A program made the position numbers and the translations under genes. A stretch of DNA of 64,000 nt from an uncultured Bacteroidota bacterium (GTDB taxonomy: Bacteria > Bacteroidota > Bacteroidia > Chitinophagales > Chitinophagaceae): assembly GCA_963745445.1 (NCBI GenBank), contig CAVUXD010000004.1, forward strand, positions 33,663 through 97,662, given 5' to 3'. Positions 36,456-46,935 of this stretch are shown here, piece after piece (position 1 is the first letter of the stretch; each line of letters starts with the position of its first letter). The notes beneath the pieces were generated by a model. The model did no database searches and was not told the origin of the DNA. It was given only the letters and a program-made list of their open reading frames with translations.

Positions 36456-36644
36456 AAGATCATATTTGAATTTTTAAAAATAATTAAATCGATGTAAGAA
36501 TAAAAAAATAAATGATGGACGGATATTATTTTATAGAACATAGATTTTCTATTATTTATGAACATATCCGCTTATTTGTGCCAATATTAAAGAAATTAGT
36601 CTTTGACTGTATTAAATTTGTAGTATATCCGAAAATCAAAATCC

Positions 36645-37517
36645 ATGAAATTTTTGTGGTGCGTGGTCGGAATCTCGATGTTTCGAAGCCCTGTTTTTGC
36701 ACAACGAGTTCAGATAGGTCTTTTCGGGGGAGCCTCTGCATATAGTGGCGATATTGTTAGTAAGACTTTCCCGGGTCATAAAGAAACAAAAGGAGCTTTT
36801 GGCTTTACTCTTAATTATCAATTAACCGATCAGATAGTTCTCCGCGGCGGAATTACATTTGCTGCTGTTGCCGGTGCCGATTCGCTCAGCAATAATACAG
36901 CACAGCAGTTCCGGAATCTGAGTTTCCAGAGTTCCATTACAGAATTCAATTTTTTGGGAGAATATTATGTTTTTAACCTCAATGATCAGCGCTATTCTCC
37001 CTATTTTTTTGCCGGGCTTGCTGTCTACCATTTTGATCCCTTTGCTTATGATGTGGCGGGAAATAAAATTTACCTGAAACCATTGAGCACAGAAGGAGAG
37101 GGAATCAACGGTTATCCTGACCGAACACCTTATTCACTGACACAACTGGCCATTCCTTTCGGAGGCGGTTTGAAGTTTGTGATCAATGATAATCTTCGCA
37201 TCGGGATAGAATTGGGCATGAGAAAACTATTTACCGACTACCTGGATGATGTGAGCAAATCGTATATTGATCAAACAGATCTTTTTAATGCAAAAGGAGG
37301 AGTGGCAGTACAGATGTCCTACCGTAGCGACGAATTACCAAATGGCAACCCGGTTTATCCCGCCAAAAATCAACAGCGGGGAAATAATAAAAAACTCGAT
37401 TGGTATTATATAGGAGGTATTCATCTTACATACCTATTAGGTGGCGATACCAGAAAGTCTTCTGGTTTTGGCAGCAAAAGAAAAGGCAGGATGGGATGTC
37501 CCGCAAATCCCATGTAA
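36645..37517 (+). CDS. DUF6089-type outer-membrane beta-barrel protein
   Basis: Intact 290 aa with a signal peptide. It shows IGLFGGASAYSGDIV.., ..FRNLSFQSSITEFNFLGEYYVFN.. and alternating beta-strand patterning. Confidence 0.75.
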   Translation: MKFLWCVVGISMFRSPVFAQRVQIGLFGGASAYSGDIVSKTFPGHKETKGAFGFTLNYQLTDQIVLRGGITFAAVAGADSLSNNTAQQFRNLSFQSSITEFNFLGEYYVFNLNDQRYSPYFFAGLAVYHFDPFAYDVAGNKIYLKPLSTEGEGINGYPDRTPYSLTQLAIPFGGGLKFVINDNLRIGIELGMRKLFTDYLDDVSKSYIDQTDLFNAKGGVAVQMSYRSDELPNGNPVYPAKNQQRGNNKKLDWYYIGGIHLTYLLGGDTRKSSGFGSKRKGRMGCPANPM

Positions 37518-37603
37518 AAAATGTTTTTCAAACAACGAAACTGTTTCTTAATCAGAAAGAGTTTTTTTACTTCGCTGATCTGATCCATTCATGAATAGTA
37601 GGT

Positions 37604-37611
37604 TACCTTTG
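37604..37611 (+). promoter_or_regulatory. candidate -7 promoter box (TACCTTTG) for the UbiD-family gene
   Basis: Exact TAnnTTTG 17 nt upstream of the ATG at 37628. Confidence 0.4.
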
Positions 37612-39029
37612 CAGATATTTTCTTTCAATGGCTTATAAAAATCAGCAGGAATTTATTGATGCATTGGAAAAAGCAGGAGAACTGATCCGCGATCAAGACA
37701 TATGTGAATCCCAAATTGGAAATGGCGGAGATCACAGACCGCATGAGTAAATCAACCGGTGGAGGAAAAGCATTGTTGTTTGAAAATACCGGCTATGAAT
37801 TTCCGGTACTTGATGAATGCTTATGGAAGTGAAAAGAGAATGTGCATGGCGCTTGGGTGTGCAGTCATCTTGATGATGTGGCAAAAGAAATAGAAGAACC
37901 TGTTTAAATTATTATCAGCACCGAAAGAAGGAATACTGGATAAATTAAAACTGCTTCCAAAACTTGGCCAGTTTGCTCCTGGATGCCAAAAGTAAAAAGC
38001 GGAAAAGGAGAATGCCAGGAAATAATTATGCAAGATCCGGACATCACCAAACTTCCTGTGATCACCTGCTGGCCAAAAGATGGAGGACCATTTGTTACAT
38101 TACCTGTTATTCATACCAAAGATCCGAATACCGGTCAACGAAATGTAGGCATGTACCGGATGCAGGTATTTGGGCCGACTCTTACCGGAATGCATTGGCA
38201 TAAACATAAAGTTATCGCCAAACATTTTAATGAATATAAAAAACTGAATAAACGAATGCCTATTGCGGTTGCACTGGGTGGCGATCCGGTGTATGCTTAT
38301 TCAGCCACTGCACCGTTGCCTGAGAATGTAGATGAATATATGCTGGCCGGTTTTCTAAGAAAGAAAAAAGTGGAATTGGTAAAATGTATTTCACAACCTG
38401 ATGTTGAAGTACCTGCTGATGCAGATTTTATTATTGAAGGTTATGTTGATCCCAATGATGAATTGATCTGGGAAGGACCATTTGGTGATCATACCGGTTA
38501 TTATTCATTGCCGGATTGGTATCCGCGTTTTCATATCACTGCTATTACTCATAAAAAAAATGCAGTTTATCCTGCCACAATTGTTGGTATTCCGCCGCAG
38601 GAAGATGCCTGGCTGGGAAAAGCAACAGAAAGAATTTTTTTAGCGCCGATCAAAATGACAATGGTTCCCGAGATCGTGGATATGGATATGCCGGTGGAAG
38701 GAGTGTTTCATAATCTTGTTATTGCAAAAATTAAAAAAGGATTATGCAGGGCAGGGACAAAAAGTAATGAATGCGATGTGGGGAGCCGGGCAAATGATGT
38801 TCAATAAAATTTTGGTTCATCAGTCAGGATTCGAAGACATTCAAGATTCAGGATTATGAAGCTGTGGCAAAGTATGTTTTCAAAAATCTGAATCCAGCAA
38901 CTGATATTTATTTTTCTCAAGGGCCGATGGATGTGTTGGATCATAGTTGCAGTAAATTGGGTTTTGGTGGAAAGATGTGTATTGATGGAACAAAGAAGTT
39001 TGAAGAAGAGATGGATGAGAGATTATGAT

Positions 39030-39057
39030 TCAGGAGTCAGGAGTCGGGAGTCAGGAG
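39030..39057. repeat. (TCAGGAG)4 heptanucleotide tract inside the UbiD-family gene
   Basis: The tract reads TCAGGAG TCAGGAG TCGGGAG TCAGGAG. Its 7-nt period is not a multiple of 3. Confidence 0.8.
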
Positions 39058-39339
39058 TAAGTGAAGCATTACTAAATTAATTTTCAAGAAATAAAAGCCG
39101 TCAATGATTCTCTTATTGAAAAAAGAAATTCCTTGTCTCATTATTTCAGTACAGAAAAACAGGAAAGGGCATATCAAAGAATTGCATGAACAGATTTGTT
39201 CTTTATCAGAACTTGATGGCAGTAAAGATGATTCTTTATGTTGAGCATACTGTTGATGCCAACGATTTGCCAACCGCTTGTGGCGTTTCTGTAATAATCT
39301 TGATCCGAAAAGAGATCACATCATATTTAAGAAACAGTA

Positions 39340-39388
39340 ACAAAGGACAAGGAACAAGAAACCGGCAACCAGCAACCGGTAACCGGTA
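39340..39388. repeat. degenerate heptanucleotide tract (ACMRGNA)7 inside the UbiD-family gene
   Basis: The tract reads ACAAAGG ACAAGGA ACAAGAA ACCGGCA ACCAGCA ACCGGTA ACCGGTA. Confidence 0.75.
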
Positions 39389-39659
39389 ACTATTCTGCCT
39401 GCATGGGTTTGGATGGAACGAGGAAAACAAAAGAATTTGATGATTTTCAACAGGGACTGGCCAAATATTATTGTGGCAGATGATGAAACAATAAAAGCAG
39501 TGGATGAAAAATGGAATCAATTGGGTATCGGGGATTTCATTCCATCTCCTTCACTAAAATTTAAAGGCCAGTTGTATGGAGAAGAAGCGGCTGTAGCAGT
39601 GATCCTTTAATTTAATCAAAATTTATTTTTAGAATGTAAATTGCTTAAAATTGATTCAA

Positions 39660-40577
39660 ATGAAACGATTCAGTGCTGCGTTGATCTTGAGTTTGCTTGC
39701 CTGGGCCGGCAATACTCAAAGTGCCAAAAATTCACCAAATGAAAACAAAGCTTTGTTATGGCGGATCAGTGGCAATGGGCTCACCAAACCTTCCTATCTC
39801 TTCGGTACTATTCACATGCTGTGCGAAGAAGATGCTGTTTTAAGTGATAGTTTAAAAAAGGCTATTCATCAGTGCGATGATGTGTACCTCGAAGTGAAAA
39901 TGGATAATTTGTTTGAAATGCTTGGCGTCGTCACCCAGTTGAAAATGAATGGCGATACTACTCTTTCTGATCTGCTCAGCAAAGAAGATTATGAAAAAGT
40001 AAAAAACTATTTTGAAGAAAAACAATCGTTGCTTCCTTTTTCCATGCTCGAAACGTTCAAACCCATACTTGCTGCATCGACCCTCGAAGAATCTACTTTG
40101 CCTTGTGGCGCCCCGGTTGCAATGGAAGAATTGATTATGCAGGAAGCAAAAAATAATGACAAAGAGATCAAGGGATTGGAAACGATGGCGTACCAGGCCG
40201 GCATATTGGACAGCATTCCATATAAATTGCAGGCGATGCAATTGGTCAATTATATTGACAGCGTAAAAAAAGGAGTTGATGAAAGCAAGGAGTTCGATGA
40301 ACTGGTAGATGCGTATAAGAGTGAAGACCTGAATAAACTGGAAGAACTTACTAAAGAAAGCGATATCGGCATGAGTCGCTATACAGATATTCTCCTTTAT
40401 AACCGCAACAGAAATTGGGTAAAAAAATTAAAAACCTTAATGCCGGGTAAATCACTGGTCATTGCAGTGGGAGCGGGACACTTGCCGGGAGAAAAAGGTG
40501 TGATCAATTTATTGCGCAAGGAAGGATATACGTTAACTCCGATACCTAATAAAGCTGCCGGAGTCAAAGTCATTTAA
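39660..40577 (+). CDS. TraB/GumN family protein with signal peptide
   Basis: Intact ORF. ALLWRISGNGLTKPSYLFGTIHM is the family N-terminal signature, and ..VIAVGAGHLPGEKGVINLLRKEGY is the C-terminal one. Confidence 0.85.
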   Translation: MKRFSAALILSLLAWAGNTQSAKNSPNENKALLWRISGNGLTKPSYLFGTIHMLCEEDAVLSDSLKKAIHQCDDVYLEVKMDNLFEMLGVVTQLKMNGDTTLSDLLSKEDYEKVKNYFEEKQSLLPFSMLETFKPILAASTLEESTLPCGAPVAMEELIMQEAKNNDKEIKGLETMAYQAGILDSIPYKLQAMQLVNYIDSVKKGVDESKEFDELVDAYKSEDLNKLEELTKESDIGMSRYTDILLYNRNRNWVKKLKTLMPGKSLVIAVGAGHLPGEKGVINLLRKEGYTLTPIPNKAAGVKVI

Positions 40578-40594
40578 AAAATCAAAAACTGCTT

Positions 40595-41524
40595 ATGCAA
40601 TATTTGTTGAAAACGGTTCTTGCTGCTTTCTTTTTTCTATCAATGACTGTTGATACCTATGCCAACAGGATAGACAGCCTGAAGACAGATGATGATGTTG
40701 TAGCTTTTCTTAAAAGCATTAATTCCGATTTCAGGTCAGATAAATACAAACAAATAGAACTGCACAGTACTGAAACAGTCCGTAAAGACCTGGATTGTGA
40801 TGGTATCGCCACACAATGGCAAATACAAAACTGGGAAAAAGCAGATTTCAATGGTGATGGCAGAACAGATTTATTGGTGTTGTTGTATTGGTATGATTAC
40901 GGCGTTTATTCTGTGATTGATAATGGCGATGGTACTTTTAAATTTTTGACTCTGTCTTATAACATTTACGAAAAATGCGAACTGGCAAAAACATTAAAAT
41001 TACACGATCAGCAATTGCTTTTATATTACCAGAAAGTTCAGAAACCGGTACAGGTAAAAAACAACCGTAGCTTTAAGTCTGTTCCTGAAATTGACACTTT
41101 GATTTATAAATATGGCGGATTTATAGAGCGAAATTCACATCCATCTGAGTATGCTACCGATTCGATTGAATTTCGCACCAGCGCTTGTTTTGGAAGTTGC
41201 CCCGTATTTAGCATTGATATGGATAAAGACGGGAATGCAGTTTACGATGCCCAGGTTTATAATTCAAAACAAGGGAAGTTTACAACTGCTTTGAAAAAGA
41301 AAAATTTAAATGATATTGTAGGGCTTATCAATTATATAAGCGTCAATGACCTTAATAATAATTACAAAGTAAGCTGGACTGACGATCAAACCTGCTGGCT
41401 GCGAATTCGTTTCAGCGATGGCTCCATTAAAGAAATAACCGACTATGGGTTAAAAGGCACTTTCGGATTACGACTTCTTTATGCCATGTTTTTTGATCTG
41501 CGGGGCAACCAGGATTGGAAATAG
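40595..41524 (+). CDS. exported protein with an FG-GAP/VCBS-like motif and a DUF6438-like C-terminal domain
   Basis: Intact 309 aa with a signal peptide. ADFNGDGRTDLLVL is an FG-GAP-type Ca-binding loop. The C-terminal SACFGSCPVFSIDMDKDGNAVYDA resembles DUF6438; the family name is from memory. Confidence 0.7.
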   Translation: MQYLLKTVLAAFFFLSMTVDTYANRIDSLKTDDDVVAFLKSINSDFRSDKYKQIELHSTETVRKDLDCDGIATQWQIQNWEKADFNGDGRTDLLVLLYWYDYGVYSVIDNGDGTFKFLTLSYNIYEKCELAKTLKLHDQQLLLYYQKVQKPVQVKNNRSFKSVPEIDTLIYKYGGFIERNSHPSEYATDSIEFRTSACFGSCPVFSIDMDKDGNAVYDAQVYNSKQGKFTTALKKKNLNDIVGLINYISVNDLNNNYKVSWTDDQTCWLRIRFSDGSIKEITDYGLKGTFGLRLLYAMFFDLRGNQDWK

Positions 41525-41531
41525 TATATTT

Positions 41532-43490
41532 CTAGTTTCCCAGTTTTATTGCAATCTGCTCATTCAACATGTCGATTGCTGTTTGATAAGTGCTCTTTAC
41601 TACATTATAAAATTGATTCGAAAATAAAGTTTCGGTTTGCATAAATTGGATACTTACCACAAGCTTATTCTCCTTCCTTTCTATGATCCGGCTCACTGAA
41701 ATATCTCCATGCGGGGAAATAACTTTTTTATTTTGCGGCAGCTCATCAATCTTGCAATTTGGAGGAAGCTCAATTTCTTCGTAAACGCTGACATTATAAG
41801 GAAATCCAAAATCGATGTTAGTGAAACGTTCATCTTTTATAAATGGATTTTTTTCAATGCCTGTGAATAGGTTATAATTCAAAAGAACAAATCCTCCGTT
41901 TTCATTCAGGTCTTCTGTAAATAAAAAATTTTCTGACAGTGGCAATGAATCTATCGAAAGATTCTCACAATGAAAACTGTCAATGCCAATACCTTCATGC
42001 GATGAAGCAAGATATTTTTGAATGAATTTCTTTTCATCTTTCCTGATCCCTTCCGAGCGAACCAGTCTTGCATACTCATCACTATTGATATTGACTGTCC
42101 CGGAAAGAATTCCTTTTTCAGAAAGCTTAGCATGAATTGTCACAACGTTTTTATAAGATTCTTCATTGCTTTTGATCAGGAAAAGCTGGAATTTTTTTCT
42201 GTCCACCAGGAATGCATAAGTGTTCAGCAAGGGAAAAGGAGTTAACCAGTAAGGGCAATATTTCTGTGTAGCGTCAAGAATGTAAATATTATTATCGGCA
42301 ATAGCATAAGCAGCAGTTTTATTGAATCGGCTCACAAGCGGGTAAAGAGTATCTACTTTTCCAAAATCTCTTTCTGCGACCAACAGCGGATAAGATTCGA
42401 TCTTATAATTCCTTAAAAGACTCAATAAAATAAAATTGATCTCGCTGGCAAATCCCTTTTTATCATCCCAGACTGTTTTCAGTCCCTTATCTTCATCAAC
42501 GTATATTCCATAATAATATTCATCAGCAGTAAAATTGTCTCTGACGTAATTGTAAATCACGGTGAGCTTTCCTGTTTCGGTTGGTTGCGCTGCAACGAGT
42601 TGGTCGAGATCATGGGGAATTGTCAACCCTTTTTTCAAAGCGCCGCCAAAACTTTTATCACTTTCAAGATCATTAGCCAAAGCCCGCCAGGTAGTGTTTA
42701 CTTCTTGCTTTGAACTGGTAGTGCCATAGCCCGAAGACTGGACAGTTGAATAGCCAGAGAACTGGAGCTCGACTCTCTGAAGATAATCTTTAGGAGCATC
42801 CATATAAGGTTCTTCATTTAAGCCGGGAATATTATCCATTTCAAAATAGATCTCACCCTGATCAGGCTGTGGCCTGACTGTAATAGGATAATTTGATTTC
42901 TTTTGAACGATATAAGTAAACTCTGCATTGGGTAATATCTGAAGGAGATAGCTACTTCTAACAACAGGAAGATAGGATTGAAAATCCCAATGCATTTGAG
43001 GTGAATAACTTTTTTTGTCACTTTCATATTGATATTCGAGAATACATCCGGGCTTCACATTTGGAAAAGCAAATTTGATCCTGGAATAGTATTGATCAAT
43101 TTTTTCATTATAGATGGATTTTTTATCCAGCTGATATTCCGTAATGCCTCCATTATCTCCCGGAACATAAGTAGTCGCAGAAATGTCCTTCAAATATTCA
43201 AAATCATCTCCTGAATGATAATCAATTTTAATATTCCCTTCATCCAAACCTCTTTCAGTTAGAATTTTTATCCGGATTCTGTGTGTGGTGATCAGGCGGT
43301 ATTCATCATCGTAATTGGAACGGGCATCATCAAAAAGAATTACTGCATCTGCGTCCTTATCAAAAGGACATTCTTTCATATTAAGTTCTTCGTTGCTGAA
43401 TTGCCCGGGAGCCGGCAGATCAGATTGAGCAAAAGAAAACTGGATAGATGCCAGAACCGGCAGAACAGAAAAGATAAGTCGCTTTTTCAT
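41532..43490 (-). CDS. DUF3857/DUF3858-type large exported protein
   Basis: Intact 652 aa with a signal peptide. The N-terminal region (DADAVILFDDARSNYDDEYRLITTHRIRIKILTERG..EYQYE) matches the DUF3857 pattern. Confidence 0.75.
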   Translation of the reverse strand: MKKRLIFSVLPVLASIQFSFAQSDLPAPGQFSNEELNMKECPFDKDADAVILFDDARSNYDDEYRLITTHRIRIKILTERGLDEGNIKIDYHSGDDFEYLKDISATTYVPGDNGGITEYQLDKKSIYNEKIDQYYSRIKFAFPNVKPGCILEYQYESDKKSYSPQMHWDFQSYLPVVRSSYLLQILPNAEFTYIVQKKSNYPITVRPQPDQGEIYFEMDNIPGLNEEPYMDAPKDYLQRVELQFSGYSTVQSSGYGTTSSKQEVNTTWRALANDLESDKSFGGALKKGLTIPHDLDQLVAAQPTETGKLTVIYNYVRDNFTADEYYYGIYVDEDKGLKTVWDDKKGFASEINFILLSLLRNYKIESYPLLVAERDFGKVDTLYPLVSRFNKTAAYAIADNNIYILDATQKYCPYWLTPFPLLNTYAFLVDRKKFQLFLIKSNEESYKNVVTIHAKLSEKGILSGTVNINSDEYARLVRSEGIRKDEKKFIQKYLASSHEGIGIDSFHCENLSIDSLPLSENFLFTEDLNENGGFVLLNYNLFTGIEKNPFIKDERFTNIDFGFPYNVSVYEEIELPPNCKIDELPQNKKVISPHGDISVSRIIERKENKLVVSIQFMQTETLFSNQFYNVVKSTYQTAIDMLNEQIAIKLGN

Positions 43491-43687
43491 GAGGCAGAAG
43501 GTTTGGTAATGGAGACACTAAAATAAAAATTTTATTGAAATTTCTATACAGCTTCGGAGTAGCTACAAAAAATAAGTCCCGCTGTAGACAGGATCAGACG
43601 AATATTTCCACTTTTTTTAAGAAAGAATGATGTGTTTTGTTTGAGAACCCGAGAAAAATGTATCTTAATAAATCAAGTTATATTACC

Positions 43688-44068
43688 ATGACAGAAAAAG
43701 ATTATTTCGACAAGCTGTACAAAGGGGCAAAATCATCAACTTTCAGAACTGCAAAAGAATTAAGGTCCGCTGAAACTGAAGCTGAGAAAAAATTATGGCT
43801 CTTTCTTCGTAACAGGCAATTGAGAGGAAAAAAATTTAGAAGACAGCATGCGATGGGGAATTATATACTGGATTTCTATTGCAGTGAATGCAAATTGGTC
43901 ATCGAACTTGATGGAGAAGTCCATAATGCTAAAGAAACGTTGCAATATGATCTGGCAAGAACTGAAAAACTCAAAGAATATGATATTACGGTTATCAGGT
44001 TTTGGAATTCTGAAGTAATAAATCAGACAGAAAAAGTTTTAGAAAAGATTGCTGAATATCTTGTATAA
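43688..44068 (+). CDS. DUF559 (Vsr-like endonuclease fold) protein
   Basis: EAEKKLWLFLRNRQLRGKKFRRQHAMGNYILDFYCSECKLVIELDGEVH..DLARTEKLKEYDITVIRFWNSEV is the classic DUF559 core. The start could also be 43658 or 43637. Confidence 0.8.
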   Translation: MTEKDYFDKLYKGAKSSTFRTAKELRSAETEAEKKLWLFLRNRQLRGKKFRRQHAMGNYILDFYCSECKLVIELDGEVHNAKETLQYDLARTEKLKEYDITVIRFWNSEVINQTEKVLEKIAEYLV

Positions 44069-44069
44069 C

Positions 44070-44180
44070 AACCTCACCCTTTCAATATCTCTTAAACCAG
44101 AATTTTCCGATTTCCCTCTCCACATGGAGAGGGCAGAAGAAAATTTCTTAAAGCAGGAAAATTGTAGGGTGAGGTTAAAA
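44070..44180. repeat. MITE/REP-like palindromic element, copy 1 (about 110 bp)
   Basis: It has 11-bp terminal inverted repeats AACCTCACCCT...AGGGTGAGGTT. Inner pairs are AATTTTCC/GGAAAATT and the central hairpin CCCTCTCC-acat-GGAGAGGG. It starts 2 nt after the DUF559 stop. Confidence 0.85.
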
Positions 44181-44268
44181 TGCAGAAGGTTTTTAATATC
44201 AAAAAAGATGACGAAATCAAACTAAGTAGTTAATCTGGGGAATAAATCTTCTGTGAACTTACTAATAC

Positions 44269-44377
44269 CCTCACCCTTTCAATATCTTTTAAACCAGAAT
44301 TTTCCGATTTCCCTCTCCACATGGAGAGGGCAGAAGAAAATTTCTTAAAGCAGGAAAATTGTAGGGTGAGGTTAAAA
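44269..44377. repeat. MITE/REP-like palindromic element, copy 2
   Basis: Near-identical direct copy of 44070-44180 (one substitution seen, ctct/cttt). It is separated from copy 1 by about 88 bp of unique sequence. Confidence 0.85.
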
Positions 44378-44390
44378 GAATTAGCCATTC

Positions 44391-44424
44391 AAAAAAATAA
44401 GCCCCGCTGTAGAAACAGCGGGAC
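44391..44424 (-). terminator. Rho-independent terminator downstream of hppA
   Basis: On the minus strand, CCCGCTGT-ttct-ACAGCGGG is followed by GCTTATTTTTTT. Confidence 0.6.
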
Positions 44425-44516
44425 TTAAGTAATGGTTCTGATTAAGCTCTTAAATTATTTATATACTGAACCGTGTTATCTGTTATTTACTGAAACAACA
44501 GGTTCAGATTTTATTT

Positions 44517-46685
44517 CTATTTTTTTATCGTTGCGTCACCGGCTGCTTCTTTTTTGCTATGAATCTGTGCAAGGGTAGGAGCAATGACCAAAGATACAAT
44601 AGACATCAATTTAATCAGAATATTCATTGAAGGACCGGAAGTATCTTTAAAAGGATCACCAACAGTATCACCTGTTACAGATGCTTTATGTGGTTCTGAT
44701 TTTTTATAATAACATCTGACCATTTATCTCAACACCTTTTTCAAAAGATTTCTTTGCATTATCCCAGGCACCACCGGCATTGTTCTGAAACATTCCCATC
44801 AATACACCGCTTACAGTAGCACCGGCAAGAAACCACCCAAGGCTTCAGGACCAAGAACAAAACCAATGATCAAAGGAGAAATAATGGCAATAGCACCGGG
44901 CAACATCATTTTTTTAATAGATGCATCGGTAGAAATAGCAACACATTTTTCATATTCAGGTTTGCCTGTTCCTTCCATAATACCGGGAATTGTCCTTGAA
45001 CTGGCGGCGAACTTCTTCCACCATTGCCATAGCAGCTTCACCAACTGCCCGGATAGCCAATGAAGAAAAAATAAAAGGAATCATACCGCCTACAAATAGA
45101 GAAGCCAATACATTTGCTTTATAAATATCAATGCCATTAATTCCGTGCTACACCAACAAATGCAGCAAACAATGCCAGTGCTGTTAATGCAGCAGAAGCA
45201 ATAGCAAATCCTTTACCGGTTGCAGCAGTTGTATTACCAACTGCATCCAGCACATCTGTTTTTTCACGAACTTCTTTTGGCAATTCACTCATTTCAGCAA
45301 TACCACCTGCATTATCTGCAATAGGTCCAAATGCATCAATCGCTAATTGCATAGCTGTTGTAGCCATCATACCGGCAGCAGCAATAGCTACACCATATAA
45401 TCCGGCACATGCGTAAGAACCCCAGATACCACCAGCTAAAACTAATATCGGCAAGAAAGGTTGATTCCATACCCACAGCCAAACCACCAATAATATTTGT
45501 TGCATGACCTGTTACATGATTGCCGGATGATAGTCTTCACCGGGCGTTTACCCATCGCTGTATAATATTCAGTGATAATACTCATTAATGTACCCACTAA
45601 CAAGCCAACACCAATAGCTCCCATCACTCCCCATTTGGTAAATTCATGTCCACGTAACATCATTGTTTCAGGAAGTAACAAAATAAACCAATACCAACTG
45701 ATGCAATCGCAGTTAGAATAATAGAACCCCAGTTACCCATATTCAATGCTTTCTGTACAGTATCTGTATTGATACCTGCTGTATCACTTATACGAACAAA
45801 CAAAGTTCCGACAATAGAAAATAAAATACCAACACCTGCAATCAGCATTGGTAAAAGAATAGGAGAAAAACCGCCCAACATATCATCACCCATCACAATT
45901 GTTTCCTGTCCCAATACCATTGTTGCCAGAACTGTTGCTACATAAGAACCAAAAAGATCGGCGCCCATACCGGCAACATCACCAACATTATCACCAACGT
46001 TATCTGCAATAGTTGCAGGGTTACGGGGATCATCTTCAGGAATACCTGCTTCTACTTTACCTACCAGGTCAGCGCCAACATCAGCAGCTTTGGTATAAAT
46101 ACCACCACCCACACGGGCAAATAAGAGCAATGGATTCAGCAGCCCAGAGAAAAACCGGTCAGTACTTCAATTGTTCTCACCATTTCTTCACTGTGTACAG
46201 GTGCATCAGGAGCAAAAATTTGTTTTAATACAATAAATAAACCACCAAGACCTAGTACGGCCAGACCAGCAACACCCATTCCCATTACAGAACCACCGGT
46301 AAAAGAAACATTCAATGCTTTGCTCAAACTGGTACGGGCTGCATGTGCTGTACGTACATTAGCTTTGGTAGCGACCTTCATACCGATATAACCAGCAGTA
46401 GCACTGAATACAGCGCCGAGTAACAAATGCAACGGCAATCAGCCAATGGGAATGAGGATTGGCACTGGCCATCACTGCCAACAGTATGGCAACGATGACT
46501 ACAAAATATCCAAGTATTTTCCATTCTGCTTTCAGAAAAGCCATAGCGCCTTCAGCAATATAATTGCTGATCTCTTTCATCCGGTCGGTGCCGGCATCCT
46601 GTTTGGAAACCCAGCTGAATTTAATAAGAGTATAGAGCAATCCAATGACACCCATCACAGGAACGAGATAGATCAATTTGTCCAT
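44517..46685 (-). pseudogene. hppA: membrane-bound proton/sodium-translocating pyrophosphatase, at least 6 frameshifts
   Basis: Seven colinear fragments from 46359-46685 down to 44517-44723. Signatures: [79 protein letters not shown]. Confidence 0.92.
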
Positions 46686-46935
46686 AAACGTTGATTCTTA
46701 ATGCAGTTTTAAAGGAGGGCAAAGATAGGGCATGAAGTCCAATTTTCTAAGTTTTTGGTTGCCGGCTTTTGTACTACTATCGGCGTCTGTTGCGATGCTC
46801 ACTTGATCGTTCTGAATTCTACTGGGCTTCTTAAAGTATTAGTAATTTTGATTTATTACATACTGTTTGAAATTCAATAAATTTCAGAACAAAAGTTTGA
46901 GGCAATTTACAAGATCGCTACAATCTTTTACCTAA

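Larger units (their letters stand above)
37628..39610 (+). pseudogene. ubiD: UbiD-family (menaquinone/ubiquinone biosynthesis) decarboxylase, at least 5 frameshifts, with two heptamer simple-sequence tracts
   Basis: The gene opens MAYKNQQEFIDALEKAGELI. Fragment 37983-38807 holds ITKLPVITCWPKDGGPFVTLPVIHTKDPNTGQRNVGMYRMQVF..GGDP..FGDHTGYYS. Later frames give MCIDGTKKFEEE, SVQKNRKGHIKEL, LYVEHTVDANDL, NNLDPKRD and 39413-39610. Confidence 0.8.
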
